Below are positions 36,277 to 51,532 of a stretch of 64,000 nt of DNA, in pieces. Position numbers and translations under genes: made by a program. Numbering within the stretch: the stretch's first letter is position 1; each line of letters opens with the position of its first letter. Source of the DNA: Octopus vulgaris (Eukaryota). The stretch spans positions 194,866,001 to 194,930,000 of the forward strand of contig OX597815.1 in NCBI GenBank assembly GCA_951406725.2, written 5' to 3'. Under the pieces are notes generated by a model. That model had not been told where the DNA came from. It worked only from the letters and a program-made list of their open reading frames with translations, and made no database searches.

Positions 36277-37547
36277 TTCTCTAGTCTACCCGCTGACGTC
36301 TACGTTTCTCCCTCTATATCTACGTATTTGGCTAGCCTACTACATCGTCTAGGGACGTCCACACATCATGCTTAGTACGACATCCTCTTTCTAGTATAGC
36401 GATAATCCACAAGATGTACCTCAAACTTCACAACCAAATAGGTTCTCAAACGAAAACTTTCTGTATGGCTATTAATATCAACCAACACATTATCGCAATA
36501 ACTTATAAGCCTCTCAAATCTGATTCGGGTTTCATACAACAGCGTCTATGAAACTATAATAGGAAACAAACAAATAATGAAATGTACACAATAATTAGAT
36601 GACCAGCAAATTATCAAAATGTAATCAATACAAAACTTTTAAATCGATCTATGAAATTAATTATGGATCATTACCAATACATTGTTTTACCCGCTTTTTT
36701 TCACATAGACATATTCTTATACCTTAAAGTCATGTAGGAATATCTCGGGTTGTGAATCGGAAATTCCCGGTAAATCTCATAAGACATTCAAAATCGTACA
36801 CTCTGCGAACGTAGAACGTTATATTGCAAAAAGAGATACATAAATATATATTACTATAGATCAAAATAATTTATCCTTACATTTCATATGTATCTGATCC
36901 TAATTAATAAAAATTTCTGTGTTGTCTGTCTGTTTCCTTAACCGGAAGTAACCGTTTAAATAATAATTCTGTCTCACGAATCGCGTAATTTCAATTAATG
37001 AAAAAATTATTTATCTACGACATCGAGTTGCCGGCAGCCAGATTACAAAAAAACAAAAAAACATTATGTATTCTTACAATATTTATGTTGTGTATAAAAG
37101 AGATATTTAATTGCAGTTAAATTTATGAAAATCGTTAGCCTGATTGAAGGCAAAATAATGGCCGAGACATTCCAAACTTTAACACTCCCTCACAAAAAGC
37201 TTCGTGTATAATACCTACCATCATATTAAAGTATAATTTCTCACTTTTCCGGCTTTCAAAATAATCTTTTAAAAATCAACTTTCGATTAACAAATATTCT
37301 TCTTAATTTAACAATCGGTATTATGGAAAAGTAATTTTCAAATTGAAACAACAAAGAAAGCCACAAGAAGGATACAAAAGATGTAAATACCAACAAGGAA
37401 CTGTAATTCTGGCAAACGTATTCATTATATCAGACAAACCAATAATACCATTGACAAACTACGCTCAATTAGAACAGACATTCCCAACCCCAAAGTTAAC
37501 CCATTGATGGATAATAATGGTATTAATCTAAATACATATCATCCCTG

Positions 37548-37840
37548 AAGGCGCGTGGCTTAGTGGTTAGGGTATTCGGCTCAAGATCGCAAGGTAGTAA
37601 GTTTAATTCCCGGAGGTGGCTTATGTCCTTCAGCAAGACACTTTATTTCGTGTTGTTCAAGTCCACTCAGCTGACAAAAATGAGTAGTAACTGTATTTCA
37701 AAAGGGCCAGCCTTGTCACACTCTGTGTCATGTTGAATCTCCCTGAGAACTATGTTTATGGTACATGTGTCTGTGGCGTAATCAGCCACTTGCACGTTAA
37801 TTTCACGAGCAAGCTTTTCCGTTGATCGTAACCGACGGAG
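37548..37840 (+). mobile_element. tRNA-derived SINE with CORE-like and Deu/Nin-like domains
   Basis: Head GAAGGCGCGTGGCTTAGTGGTTAGGG, TGTCCTTCAGCAAGACACTTTATTTC, then CAGCCACTTGCACGTTAATTTCACGAGC. The 3' half is shared with 52296-52679. Confidence 0.8.
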
Positions 37841-37914
37841 TGATCCTCATATATCCTCCAAAGACTAACATCGACATTATCTCAGTTAAGCAGTCACTGA
37901 GTACAAATTCAAAC

Positions 37915-38100
37915 AAAAAGAAGAGAATCAGGAAATCTAATGTAAGATGGTTTCATCTCTGTTAATTTTTGCTTATTAAAACTATCACTCAAAAACTTTC
38001 TTTGACATCCTTAGAAAACGCTTTCCTCCGCAATACATACACCACAACATATCTACAGTTAGCCTTTCGTATTCAACTAAACCAAATCTACCAAAGTTTG
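37915..38100 (+). pseudogene. Highly decayed PLE ORF fragment
   Basis: Across frames: KRIRKSNVRWFH..IKT..KNFL..ILRKRFPPQ..TVSLSYSTKPNL. This resembles the RxRxIxWFNPP..FP..SYSxxPN segment of PLE proteins. Confidence 0.5.
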
Positions 38101-39659
38101 TAACAGATGCAAACCACCAGAAAATAAAATTTAACAAATTACCACAAAAGAAAGATACTAATATTGATAAATATTATTGGATAATTCTGCTTCAAAGAGA
38201 GTAAGAAATTCTCAGCAATCTAAAAAAAAAGAATAAAATAAAAAGACAAAAGCAATGACTTCGATCAACGTCAGAGAACAAATCGTCTCGGTCTAAGTTC
38301 TTCATTATTGCATTTGTCATTTCTCCGCATCAAATTAAAATTCTATGAGTACATTTCTAAATAGTATAACATCAATCATGGATTTCTCCGAGACGTTCAT
38401 ATTTTAACGTAACAGTATATAGAATACCGTATTTGTCATTGTATATTAAAAATATGAAATACATCCAGAAATGTTCTTGTGTCTTACGCAATCTTATTAC
38501 GAATGGGAGACTGCGTGTCGTAGGCCAGGTAGGCGGATGAGTGTAAGTCCGCTAGCTGTAATAATTGGTACTAAAACACATTAAAAACCATCCAAATTAT
38601 CACGTATGGTAGCATATACTTATGAAAAGCTTACATTGCGTCAGCAGTTATGGGGGAGGATCCATGAGTTCATTGAGTCTTCTCCTTCAGTATACATAAT
38701 TCACACTTGATATTTAATAACCCTGTTACGTTAAAAAAACAAACTATTTCAATTATCTACATAAAAAAATTCTCTTAGTAAGATGAAAGGAATATTGAAT
38801 ACTCACCCGCCTGTCAGTTATTTCCAAGGACTCGACTCGCTGACTAAATTAGCTGCGGGGGCTGCCAATCTGGTGGTCGATCGCGATAACACGAAATTGT
38901 ATTGCCATATTGTACGATACTTTCCAAACTATAAGCAAATTTACCAAACTATAAACACCTATGCAGGTGATCTGAAAGTAGAATATATTTGAAATATGTT
39001 TTTTTCCATAATGGCATTTATTTATATTTATTCATGATAAATGTATGCTTTCATAAGTTGTTCATATATACTCTGAGAATATTGAATTTACACGCAGAGA
39101 ACCACACATTTTCTGTCAATAAAATAAACTTGTAAAATAGAGATGAATCTTATTTGCAGATAAATACGGTGTTTCAATCATCGCAATATAATTTCAATAG
39201 ATATTTCTAAAGTAAATCAGAATCGCCAGCAAAATGACATATTTAGCACATTCAGTTAACCCTTTATTTTCCGTCCATGTAATTTAGTTTCAAAATGTTT
39301 AACGTATTTCCTTGTTGGAGATGCGCAAATTTCAACTACTGTGTAAGAGAATTGTTGCTGAGGTTTTTTTTAATTATAAAAAGGTACATTTTCCAAAATT
39401 CCTCGGCAACACATTTCAGTCATTCGGATAATGTGTCAAAATATATTAAAGAAACAAATAACAGACAATGTTTACTCTCACTCTGTGTTTGTACTCGGGC
39501 GCACATCTGTGATTACTTGTATGCCTTGCCTGTAAACCGAAAGGAGTTTCACTAAAAGTCAACTTGAATAGAACATAATATAGTCCTAAGAAATCAATGA
39601 GGTTTAGTTAATTAACGACAGAAAAGAAAGGAAAATAACAAGGTATTCGTTTCGGAACA

Positions 39660-40075
39660 GAAAGGCTGAAGACGCTCGACCTTTAATCTCTAGAAAAACG
39701 ACGACGCCGTGGTGATCTCATTCTTGCTCACAACATCATAAGCGGAAAGTGTAACCTCTCGAAAGAGCTGTTCTTCACTCCTGCTCCAGAGCGTCGGCTG
39801 CGAGGTCACTCCGCCAAGCTCTATCTGCGACGATTTCATCTCAATCGAAGGAGAGGGTCTTTCTCCGCCCTGGTTAAGGATCCGTGGAATAAGCTGCTGG
39901 ACGAAATAGTGAAGATGCCGACGACCGCTCGGTTCAAATTCTCTCTTGACCAGAAATGGCCTGAGCTCTTTGCATGAACACCCCTGTACATAACTCCATG
40001 TCCCCCTACATGGCTTTGCTTTTTGCTTTTTGCTTTTTGAGCCAAAACATTAACTTAACTAAACTTAACTTAACA
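39660..40075 (+). mobile_element. 3' fragment of a CR1-group LINE
   Basis: 39660-39977 reads ERLKTLDL*SLEKRRRRGDLILAHNII..RRLRGHSAKLYLRRFHLNRRRGSFSALVKDPWNKL..FKFSLDQKWPELFA*, followed by a short 3' UTR and a (TTAAC)n tail. Confidence 0.9.
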
Positions 40076-40887
40076 TTAAACTCGAATGAAGTATTAAGTA
40101 AAACTGTATTTAACGAGTAAATGTTTCCTCGGTCTGTAAAGCATATTGCTATAGAAGTCCATTAGTCTGATGAATGCCTGTTTATAGATTTTGGTGAGGA
40201 AGGTTAAATCTACTTCGTAGTAAATGTGCCATCAACTGTGATCTCTCAAATTTTAGTGGTGGGTCAAACAGTTTTTAAACGAACACGGAAAAGGTAAGTT
40301 GAGACAGATGGTAATAAATATAGACAGGGTGTTATAGAAAAGAAGGTACATATATAGAATCACAGAATCACATTCTATGAGGCAATAATTAGGAAGGGAA
40401 ACTCTGTAGGGAATTTTGTCTACGATTGCACAATAGCAAATATTTTTGTTGCAGCTCGAATAAAAGAACTCCGTTGCTTTATACCTTTCTCAAACAAACC
40501 AATGTTATTTTCATTGAATTCTACAACTTTTCAATATGCTTCGACTTTTTTCGAATTCATAATGATTCAAAGATGGTAAAGTGTATAACTTTTACACACG
40601 ATCATACGTTTGTATGATTGAATGATAGTTTGCATGCATTCTCCAGGGAAATATGCTTCTATATAAATGTGCGCATGTGTTTGTATATATAAAGTATTGT
40701 GTCTCATTGAATCAAAGTAGGACACCAACTATGTTGCTGCAAATATATCGAAGCAGAAACACGTACCACATTTGGAGATACGTCTGAAGAATATGAAAAT
40801 ATAAATCAAAAGCTCAGCAATTTAATGCTGCTCTCATTATGGAACACAAAATGAAACTGCACGTCGCATTCAATCTACACTGACACA

Positions 40888-40939
<52 letters not shown>

Positions 40940-41679
40940 TACACACACACACAATCTTATAATCTTTCACTGACGGCAGGAAGAGTCCTCGATAACTATT
41001 CTATTTTCACCAGTGACTACATGACTGAGTTCCACTTTACTTGAAGACGTTGTGAACTCAGAGCGTCTACTGAGTGATTCCACCGAAATAAAATTGTTAA
41101 TACTCGCTTCTATACTCCCGAGTGATTCGACTGCCAAAAATGTAGAAAAAAATAAATCCTAATGATATATGATAATTTACATTATTTCAACAACTGTATC
41201 ATTAATTCTCCAATTAAGTAATTACGATAAGTAAGTTATATAAATTAATTCAAATAGAATCTATTTAAAGCAACATTTATTCCCGCAAGCGCAGTGGATT
41301 TGAAAAGTTATAATGTATAAGCAAGAAGTACATGCTGGATTTGCCTCGTACTTATATGTTTAATCTAGGCGTACCTTTGATGCAAACGTCGCCTAGTAAA
41401 TTATTTTATTTGCTAAAAGATTACCGAAACCATGATCCAAGAAATAGATGGTAAATGTTTTTTATTTTCCATTCCCTTCGAGTTTTTATCCCTAATAGTG
41501 GTTTGGACTTTAGCTGTTCCTTCTAGCGTGAAAGGAATCCTATGTAGGATACCTCTTATGTGTTTAAATGCACACTGTATTTATATGAATAATATCTAGT
41601 CTATTGGGTAATTTTTCTACACGCCAGGCCACAGGTAGTAAACATTTCTAAAATCTTTATTACCTAGATATTCTTAATC

Positions 41680-41730
<51 letters not shown>

Positions 41731-41826
41731 TATTGAAAGATAAACATATATAAATATATATTTCAACTTATTCTCTTCCCCTTTCATTCAGGGGGATTAT
41801 TGGCCCACTCAACACACACACACACA

Positions 41827-41882
<56 letters not shown>

Positions 41883-43354
41883 CCTGAGATCGCGTCGATA
41901 CTGTCGTCAATGTAATGAGGAAGAGTGGTTACAAGCCAACAGCAACACATATGCAAAGCTAAGCGCTTTCTGGACGCAGAGCCCTGGGAAACCCTTTGAG
42001 CCGGCCATAACCATCTTTATTTGAACATATACATATTTTTTCACACATGAAAAAATAACAAAACAGTACGCACATACACCGTGAAAGAAATATGAATTAT
42101 GTACAATAAAAACATATCGAAAAGAAATATGTATGTATATGATTAAGATGCAGGTAAAACTCATAAAATCACTCAATATCCGATAACTAGCAAGATACGA
42201 ACAAGTGAAGTTAATTTTAAACACAAGTAAAAAAGTATATATACATATTTAGATACAGACATATTAATACATAAACTTATAAATGCACTGAATATTAATT
42301 TTGAACTACATTTCATTGTACTTCCTTTATTGCAATAAATGTAGTAATAGAGACCTGATATCCTTCATTTAATTCTATTCTAAATTCATTATTTTATCTC
42401 CAAATATATTTGGAGAGAGGAGTGATGTTTACTCGTGTGTAGCTACTAAATAAAACGCTGCTGAATAGGTGATTCTTGAAAGAGTTCCATAATTGAGAGC
42501 AAACTCATATACTATTAACCCTTCAGAAAACAAAAATCCTACTCACCGTCCTTGAATGATAGCTGTTCAAATGGTTATCATCATCGAGGTAGAGGTATAT
42601 ATTTCTACGAAAATTGCTGTAATTACATATTCCCACCACTATTAAGTCTGATAGTTTATATTAGACACATATACACACAACAACAACAACAACAACAATA
42701 ATACATTACAGGGTTCCTTTGTAAATTGATTTCAACATTAAAACAAATATAAGGATGAAGCAATGAAAGGTACGGGCAAGCTTATATAGGGAAAAACTGC
42801 AATGAAATCTCCTGAAGAGGAAATAAGTATATGCTGAGTTAATAATTTGATTCAGCCTTACAATAAACAACGCACGTCTTAACATATACGCACACATAAG
42901 CTTTTACAACGGCGCAAATGTGTGTGTATATATAGATAGACATATATATATATATACATACATGCATACACAAAAGCTAGTGCGTGTGAACGCGAGCTCC
43001 GATATACTATGAACAAATAAAAATCATGCACTTACTTACATATATATTTTCTCGTTACATTAAATTCATGTGGTAAAGTGGTTGCCATGTCTATAGTATC
43101 TTGAAACAATATTTACACTCTATTAGACAAAAGCCTACGATGAATATTTTGACATCGATGAAATAATTATTGGAACGAAGTGTTTGAGAGATACTGTAAA
43201 TCTCTTTTGCTATTTGCTTCTCCATCATCGACATGATACTAAATATTTATTCAAAATATGGAAGGAAAAAAAGCTGCCTCTTAAATATAAATCTAATGTT
43301 ATGTTTGACATGAGAAACAAAAATCATATATACTATGGTTTTCTGTACTATTAC

Positions 43355-43537
43355 ATACACACACACACACACACACACATACACACTCACACACACACAC
43401 ATACACACACACATACACACTCACACACACATACACACATACACATACACACACATACACATACACCCACACACATACACATACACACACAAATACACAC
43501 TCACACACACACACGCATACACACAAACACATACACA

Positions 43538-43577
<40 letters not shown>
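43355..43577. repeat. Imperfect (CA)n microsatellite
   Basis: Direct inspection. Confidence 0.95.
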
Positions 43578-43578
<1 letters not shown>

Positions 43579-44507
43579 GTAATTGTCTATAATTCTCTCT
43601 TTAATTCAATTTCCCATGTTCCTGTCATGCTGCGCTTTCACATTTTTTTGCTGTCGTGCTCTAAGAGTTTCCTTTATTTTTCTCCTTCTCCGTTTTGCTT
43701 GTAATATTGTACACAATGTATCTAACACCTTGCTATTAATCTCTTTTCTGTTCCCCATTTATTGCATGTTCAATAAGCCCTGCATTGCTGTTTACATTTC
43801 AATATTTATGCATTTTAATGAATAAATCCGATTTTAGATTCCAAATTAAACTATATTCTAGTTCAATAATACTAATGGTTTTCCGATGTATACCGCTACA
43901 CTACAAAATTACAAAAATATTATTAAAGTTCACTGTCAAAGAAGCCATCAGAATTTTATAATTGACGCATATGGAATTGAAGCTTCTGTTGATTCTTCTG
44001 TGACAGGTAAATACAATTTAGTGCCGAATCTTTCTGAGATTTATCGCAGTATTGAATAAACCTAGCATTTATCTTAACCACGCGTGCCATTTGAATCTTA
44101 TTCAGCGTGTATGAATGTCAAATAAGATTATTCACTTAAACGTCTAATACTATTAACTTAGAAATTTTCCAAAAAATCAATGTTTCACTTTCGTTGGACA
44201 TGCGACCTAAAATATAAGGTAAAATCTCAGTAAAGTCCAATCGATTTGCAAGATTTCTATTACCTGTTTAACAACACTGATTAAATAGGTAGAATTAGCT
44301 AAAGAAGATGATTGAAGTGAATCAATGACATGTCTACAGATGGATACTTCAATACGCTAATTATTGAATGGAGGATGCTAAAATTTCTCAATTTAAACAA
44401 AAGTTAACACTCACATTCTGGTATAGAAAAAAACTTTTAAAGTGGTAATTGTTAGCATTTGGACATGCGACCTAGAATATAAGGTAAAATCTCTCTCTCT
44501 CTATATA

Positions 44508-44543
<36 letters not shown>

Positions 44544-45102
44544 TGTATGTATGTATGTATGTATGTATGTATGTATGTATGTATGTGTGTATGTATGTAT
44601 GTATGTATGTATGTATTTATGTATGTATAAAGATACAGATATGTATGTGTTTATATATATGTATGTATTGGTGAATGCGTTACCATAGATTAAGAAAGCG
44701 GGCAGAACTAACAATTTAAGTTACAAGAATTATACAACTGCTTCAGGAAAGCACGACTTTTTTGAAGATAATATGATAGTTACTGACATGCATCAACTAT
44801 GTGGACATCGAAAGCGAAATGTTTCCATGCGTGATGGAAGTTCGATTTATCACTTTTTTTTGTTTTGATTATGCTTATTACTGGCAGTTTATCTTATTCC
44901 CCATGCACCCGTAAGAGTTTGCGATAAAACATGTTGGCAAAAATTATTTGTTTTCTTTTGCACATATATTAGTTGAAGTATCCCAGCATATGAGTAGAAA
45001 TTGTACATATTGGCTTTGATGCATCGTTGTTTGGCTTCAATAAAGATAAATACTGAAAAGAGTATGACTGAACAATACTGAAGCCATTATATGAAGTAGA
45101 TA

Positions 45103-45310
45103 AGACGGCGAGCTGGCAGATTCTTTAACCCTTCGGGCGAAATAATTACCAGCATTTCCGTCTTTACTTTCTGAGGTCAATTTCTACCGAGTTCAAGTTT
45201 CCTTTTCATATTTTCGGGGTCGCGAAAAGAAGTTCCAGTTGAAGGCTAGTCGATATAATTGACTAGTACCCTATCCCAAAATTTCAGGCCTTGTGCCTAT
45301 AGCAGAATGT
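45103..45310 (+). mobile_element. SINE family A monomer (tail 2), diverged
   Basis: GACGGCGAGCTGGCAGA..TTTTCATATTTTCGGGGTCG..CCCAAAATTTCAGGCCTTGTGCCTATAG. Confidence 0.75.
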
Positions 45311-45333
45311 ATTATATGAGGTATAGTATTTGA

Positions 45334-45367
<34 letters not shown>

Positions 45368-45541
45368 ATTTAACAGTTAGGAAGCATAACATTCCAAGCC
45401 AACAGGGAGAAATTCAATTTAGCAATACTAAATCAGCATACACAATATATTAAATATATAGAATTTAGAGACAAAACCTCTATTTAGCAATTCAATCAAT
45501 ACTGAACGATATTATCTATACAAAATCATATAGAAAATATA

Positions 45542-45610
<69 letters not shown>

Positions 45611-45997
45611 GTATGTATGTTTGTATGTACATATATGTATATATGTATGTATTGTATAAATATACAGATATGTATGTGTCTATATATATGTATGTATTGG
45701 TGAATGCGTTACCATAGATTCATTTGCAGTCTATAGTAAACAGTTCGTATGAACGACAGGTTTCACAAGATATAAATTTTTACAGCGTTTCTACACAATT
45801 TGCATGTTTTCTATTTTCGTAGCTTGATTAGTATTTGAACTTTTGCATTTCACATGCAATTGCCTGTGCACATACGAAAAGAATTTTATATTTCTACGTA
45901 AACAGTCACTCAATTGTGTGCCATTCTTCTAAATTCATTTATTGCATTGTTCAAAAGACATTTCCAAAATAGCAGAATCTATATTTTCTTAATCACC

Positions 45998-46036
<39 letters not shown>

Positions 46037-46619
46037 GATTTTAAAAACATAAGAATTTTCTTTTAAAGTGTGTACGTTGAAAATATTTCAAATATATGTG
46101 TAACATGTATTAGGAAGTAGTCTTCAAATAATTTTTCTCTTCTTTTGGAAACGAATCTGATGGAAGCATTCATTCGTAAGTGTAATTATTTGAAATGTAT
46201 TTCTGTTTCATTGTGTTTCTGCTTATTATTCTATATTTTTTAAAACAGAATAACTAAATGTCGCTGATAAGCTTTCCTATAGAGCAGTATTGATACGTAA
46301 TGCAACACGTATTTCAATGAGACGCAAATCATTCTATACAAACCAATATATCAGAACGAATCATCTTGTTATATTGTGAATGTTTCTATGTTGCTCTTTT
46401 GAAATTTCCTTTTATTTCCATGGCTTTTATTGCGTATGATGGAATATACGGACGTCTGTATGAAGATGTATTTACAAAAATCTCTTTATAGTTTATGGCA
46501 TCTATGGTTTTATATATTTTCACTAAATATATTTCAGTTTTCTGGTTAATAATGTAAACAGACCAAATGCAGCCATTTATTTTCTTACATCTCACTTTCT
46601 ACACAATTTCATTTATGGT

Positions 46620-46738
46620 TACACATACACGCACACACACAAACACACACAAACACACACACACACACGCAGACACACACAAGCACGCACACAAGCGCGC
46701 GCGTACGTATACATATATGATTATAAATGCATACAAAT

Positions 46739-46820
<82 letters not shown>

Positions 46821-46964
46821 TGTTTGTGTAGAGAAAGAGACACAGACACAAAATACATGCAAATATATCTATCTATCTATTTATCTATCTGTCTGTCTGT
46901 CTGTCTGTATGTTTGTATGTATGTCTATCTATCTATCAATCAATCAATCAATCTCTCTCTCTCC

Positions 46965-47035
<71 letters not shown>

Positions 47036-47130
47036 TACATGTATACAGAAATAGAGAAGCACGAACAAAAACACGCATGCATATATACATATGCGTGTGT
47101 GTTTATGCATGTGTGTATGTATGCATGTAC
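46620..47130. repeat. Compound microsatellite (CA, TC, TA, TATC)
   Basis: Direct inspection. Confidence 0.9.
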
Positions 47131-47358
47131 ATATACATATACAATTTATACGGTTTTCATTTCATTCACAAACAGTTATGTAAATTTGCAATTGCATAAC
47201 ATTAAAAAAATATGAAAGAAGAAAATTGCCTAAAGCTCTACAATCGCTATTGAACATAGTGGTACCTATGTATGAGATGTCAGCGCTTGTATTGATTAGA
47301 ATCTCTGGTTTTTAACTTTTGGAATAGAATAAAAGACTAGCGCCAGTTTTTCGAAGTA

Positions 47359-47700
47359 AAGGGTAAAGACCCCCTTCGGTCATGAATGACCATGGGATTG
47401 CACCTAGAAAGTTATCCTCCTAGACACAAGTCCGGGCAAGGTTGTTTATGGAAGGCCAGCAGTCGCCCATGCATACCAGCCTCCCCTCTCCACGCCACCA
47501 GTGTTATCCAAGGGAAAGACAAAGGTCGATACAGCTTGGCACCAGTGACGTCGCAACTCATTTCTACAGCTGAGTGAACTGGAGCAACGTGAAATAAAGT
47601 GCCTTGCTCGAGAACACAACACGCAGCCCGGTCCGGGATTCGAGCTCACAACCTCACGATCGTAAGCTCGACGCTCTAACCACTGAGCCATGCGCCTTCA
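47359..47700 (-). mobile_element. SINE family C, full length
   Basis: 15-bp TSD CAGTTTTTCGAAGTA at 47344-47358 and 47701-47715. tRNA-like head, CORE-like domain, tail TGACCGAAGGGGTCTTTACCCTT. Confidence 0.93.
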
Positions 47701-48947
47701 CAGTTTTTCGAAGTATAGAAAAGGTAACTTTTTTCCGTCAGACATTCAGTATCAGGCATTAAAGATACTCGTGAAGCATCAAGTATGTTATGTTTAATGC
47801 AACTATCTACAAAATCCACGGATTAGTCATAAGTTTGTTCAATATTTAAATATGTATTATACTATTCCATCTTAGTACTGAGAATAAACTACCCCAAATA
47901 ACCTCAAACTTTAATCCTCGTATTTTTTACTTCTAAAGCATTTTCATTGACAGATTGAGACAAAAGCTACTCATAAATCGCAGTTGGTCTTATTTCTGGG
48001 AATAATGAATATTGCTGATAAGAATATAAGTATATGGTGTTCATAAATTATATTCACACCTACAATTTACTATTTCCTATTAAAGTTGGAACCTATGAAT
48101 CAACGTCTTTGCATGTTAAATAAATATTATTAAAGTTTTAATTTGTTAGCCTATCTTGTTCAATAAATTCTGCTGAGATGACTTTAGTTTATCGAAATTT
48201 TGAAATTCTATAGGTATTTTATGGACACTCTGTATCATTACAAAGGCTTGAGAGCGTCTTGGTTGAGATATATATTTCATGAAATAAATTTGCTAACAGA
48301 TCAGAAGTGCTGGTTACAGCCCATCAATTTAAACACTAATGCACGCGCGCATTTGCAATGTGAATCGAACAACAGATTTATATATATTTCAGAGAGCATC
48401 AGCTGTCACAGGAGATATAAACCACTAACCATTAAAATTTCGATGCCTAGAAAAATAGGAGGTTGATACACTGGTTGTTTCGTAGTTTATTGGATTCCCA
48501 CCCCAGTGGAAATATAACAGATTATTGACTAACCTCAAAAACACATTTTAAAGAGGCTATGCGTACAGTAATAGCTTCATTACAGACACTTTCGTACAGT
48601 ACATGAATATTGTAGGTGCTTAATTCTTGAAGAATAGAATGTATGCATTATATAATGGTATCACGAATGTGGATTGGCGTAAATGTATTAGAAATGTATG
48701 TTTGTGTGTACGTACATTTATGCATACAGGTATAAATAGTTGTGGGTAATCACTTAGGTTATTGCATGCATAAATACATGCATATGTATGCATATCTCTG
48801 TTTGTAGTGTACAAGAATGAGTGTAGTTTAGGTATTAGCGATGTAAGTGGTAGTGTAGTAGCACAGTAGATTTCAGAATTTAAGTACTGTTTAACAATTA
48901 ATATATAATTAAAATGTTGTGGTGGATATAAATATTATTCGTATGTA

Positions 48948-49610
48948 TATTTCTTTATTGCCCTCAGGTTGCTAAACATAACGGGGACAAACAAGGTCAG
49001 ACAAATGGATTAAATCGATTACATCTACCCGAGTGTGTAACTGGTACTTAATCGATCTCGAAAGGATGAATGGCAAAGTCTACCTCGGCGGAATTTGAAC
49101 TCAGAACGTAACATCATAGAAATATTGCTAAGCGTTTTGCCCGGCGTGCTAACGATTCTGTCAGCCCATCGTCCTCTCTGCTGTCAATATTTCTTTCTTT
49201 ATTGCCCACAAGGAGCTAAACATAGAAAGGACAAACAAGGACAGACCAAGGGATGAAACCGATTATATTGACCCAAGTGCGTAACTCGTACTTATTTAAT
49301 TGGCCCCGAAAGGATGAAAGGCAAAGTCGACCTCGGCGGAATTTGAACTCAGAACGTAGCGGTAGACAAAATACCTCTTTCTTTACTACCCACAAGGGGC
49401 TAAACACACAGAGGACAAACAAGGACAGACAAACGGATTCAGTCGATTATATCGACTCCAGTGCGTAAATGGTACTTATTTAATCGACCCCCGAAAGGAT
49501 GAAAAGCAAAGTCGACCTCGGCAGAATTTGAACTCAGAACGTAGCGGCAGACGAAATACCTCTAAGGCTTTCGCCCGGCATGCTAATGATTCTGCCGGCT
49601 CGCAGCCCTT
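48948..49610 (-). mobile_element. SINE family A monomer followed by a tail 1 plus tail 1 dimer
   Basis: Three body copies. Junction GACAAAATACC|TCTTTCTTT at 49375. Confidence 0.9.
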
Positions 49611-49673
49611 ATTATTCGCATATAAGCATGTGAGTGTAAAGTTGTATTGTGTGTATTGATATGTGTGTTGGTG

Positions 49674-49712
<39 letters not shown>

Positions 49713-51532
49713 GTATGCATGTATGTGTGCGTGTTTAGATGTGTATATAGTGTGTATGTGTATAAATATATTGGTTGACAGTAAGTATATACATAGATGT
49801 ATGTGTAGGTACGTATGTGTTGAATACATATTTTGGCGCGTGTAAGTAGATGTATTGAAATATTTCCCTTTATCTTTGTATACAAACAGAATGATGCTGG
49901 TTTATTATGATGTATCTCCCAACTATAGATACGTACTATTTTTTAATAAGTTTTTGGGGCCAGAAATCTGTGGTCCAGCTATTTATAGATTAAAAGGAAA
50001 TAAAAAATTTCATCTTCCATTCTACATTCATACTAACCCTTTATCAACTTTTCGCTTCCCTTCCCGTTCCAGTCGCCTAAATAATTCTCCTTCATAAACT
50101 ATAAAGTAGGATATTAAATCACTCTCTGACCAAAGTTCGCACATACTTGGATTCGTAGAAGGAGTTTTTTAATGATTAATTCATGCATATATATATTTGA
50201 TGCGAACGGCTATTTTCGCATGATGTAATAATTCAATTCATCAATAAATAAATCACGTTTGAAACAGCTGTAGCGATCGAACTACTATCCACCTGTGTCA
50301 CACTAAATCATGTGCCCGGAGTCTGAAGATTTTTTTTGAGACACAAAGCACGTTATCAAAAATCAATGTCTCATTAGCAAGAAACTATTAGCATGTCTTA
50401 TTGTAACACAGCGTGCGTTCAGTGATATTTATCTGTACTTTTTTGTTGATCCTATATACATATTTAATTTATTTGGTAAATGAAAAAACGAAATTTTGGT
50501 TCCTCCTGTAAAAGGCCCGGGACAGTATCTTTGTGGAGGCATTTAGTTACGCTTTACTGCACAGCATTCTTTTTCAATATTTGTTCGTCTGAAACATTTA
50601 GATGTTATGTTTACATATAATGATTTAGAGGAAACTGATGATTTAATATTAAGAGCTATTTGTAAACAAACGCATTATTTTGTGAATAAATCAATATAAA
50701 TTGGTTGGTTTTAAATATATAAATTTTGTGCATACCTTTGAAGAATGTTCCAAAAGAAGTTATGCATTAGCAAAAACATATTTTCAACTTAATTAACATC
50801 ATTAGGTATAAAATTTTATTTTTGTGTTTATGTTTGAATACATTCAAAATTATATTATCAGAATATATTTTCTTAAATATTTGATATATTTTATTAATGC
50901 TATCTATTTTATCTCCCGCTTATTTAACATACATACAAAACGCCGATGGGAATATAAGGAAAAGAAACTAAATAGAAAATTCTATTTAATACATTTCTAT
51001 AGTATAATCATACCTACTGGCAAATTTTGTTTTTTCAACTGAACGACATTTCTTAATTACATAATCAACTCTTAACAAAGGTAAACATTCAGAATCCCTA
51101 TTCAATTAAGCTTCTCGAATACTATTAATAAAACTATATTTCAAAAATAAATAAATTAATTAATAAATAAAGAATTCCATTGAAATGTTAGCTGACTGTA
51201 GTTACATGGAGATGAAGAAAATATATTAGGAAATTAAAAAATAATAAGAATTTATTTCACTTATTTAAGATCTATTTAATCTGATTCTATTTACGTTATT
51301 GCGAGGTAATACATATTAATTACTAAATATATATTAATACATATTAATTACTAAAATATATTCCAGTCTTATTCTGAATTTCTGGGCAGATTCTAATGGA
51401 TGCTTAATTTGTTGTGGTTTGATATATATAAAATATAGATCGCTGGTAAAGACGATATTAGGAACTGGTTAGTGATTAGCACCGATCATTCATAGTGAAT
51501 GTTTTACTCAATTACTCAGATAAAGTGATATA

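Noticed and set aside
40188-40293. Plus-strand exon candidate ending AAG|GTAAGT
   Set aside because: Stops in all three frames and no partner exons identified.
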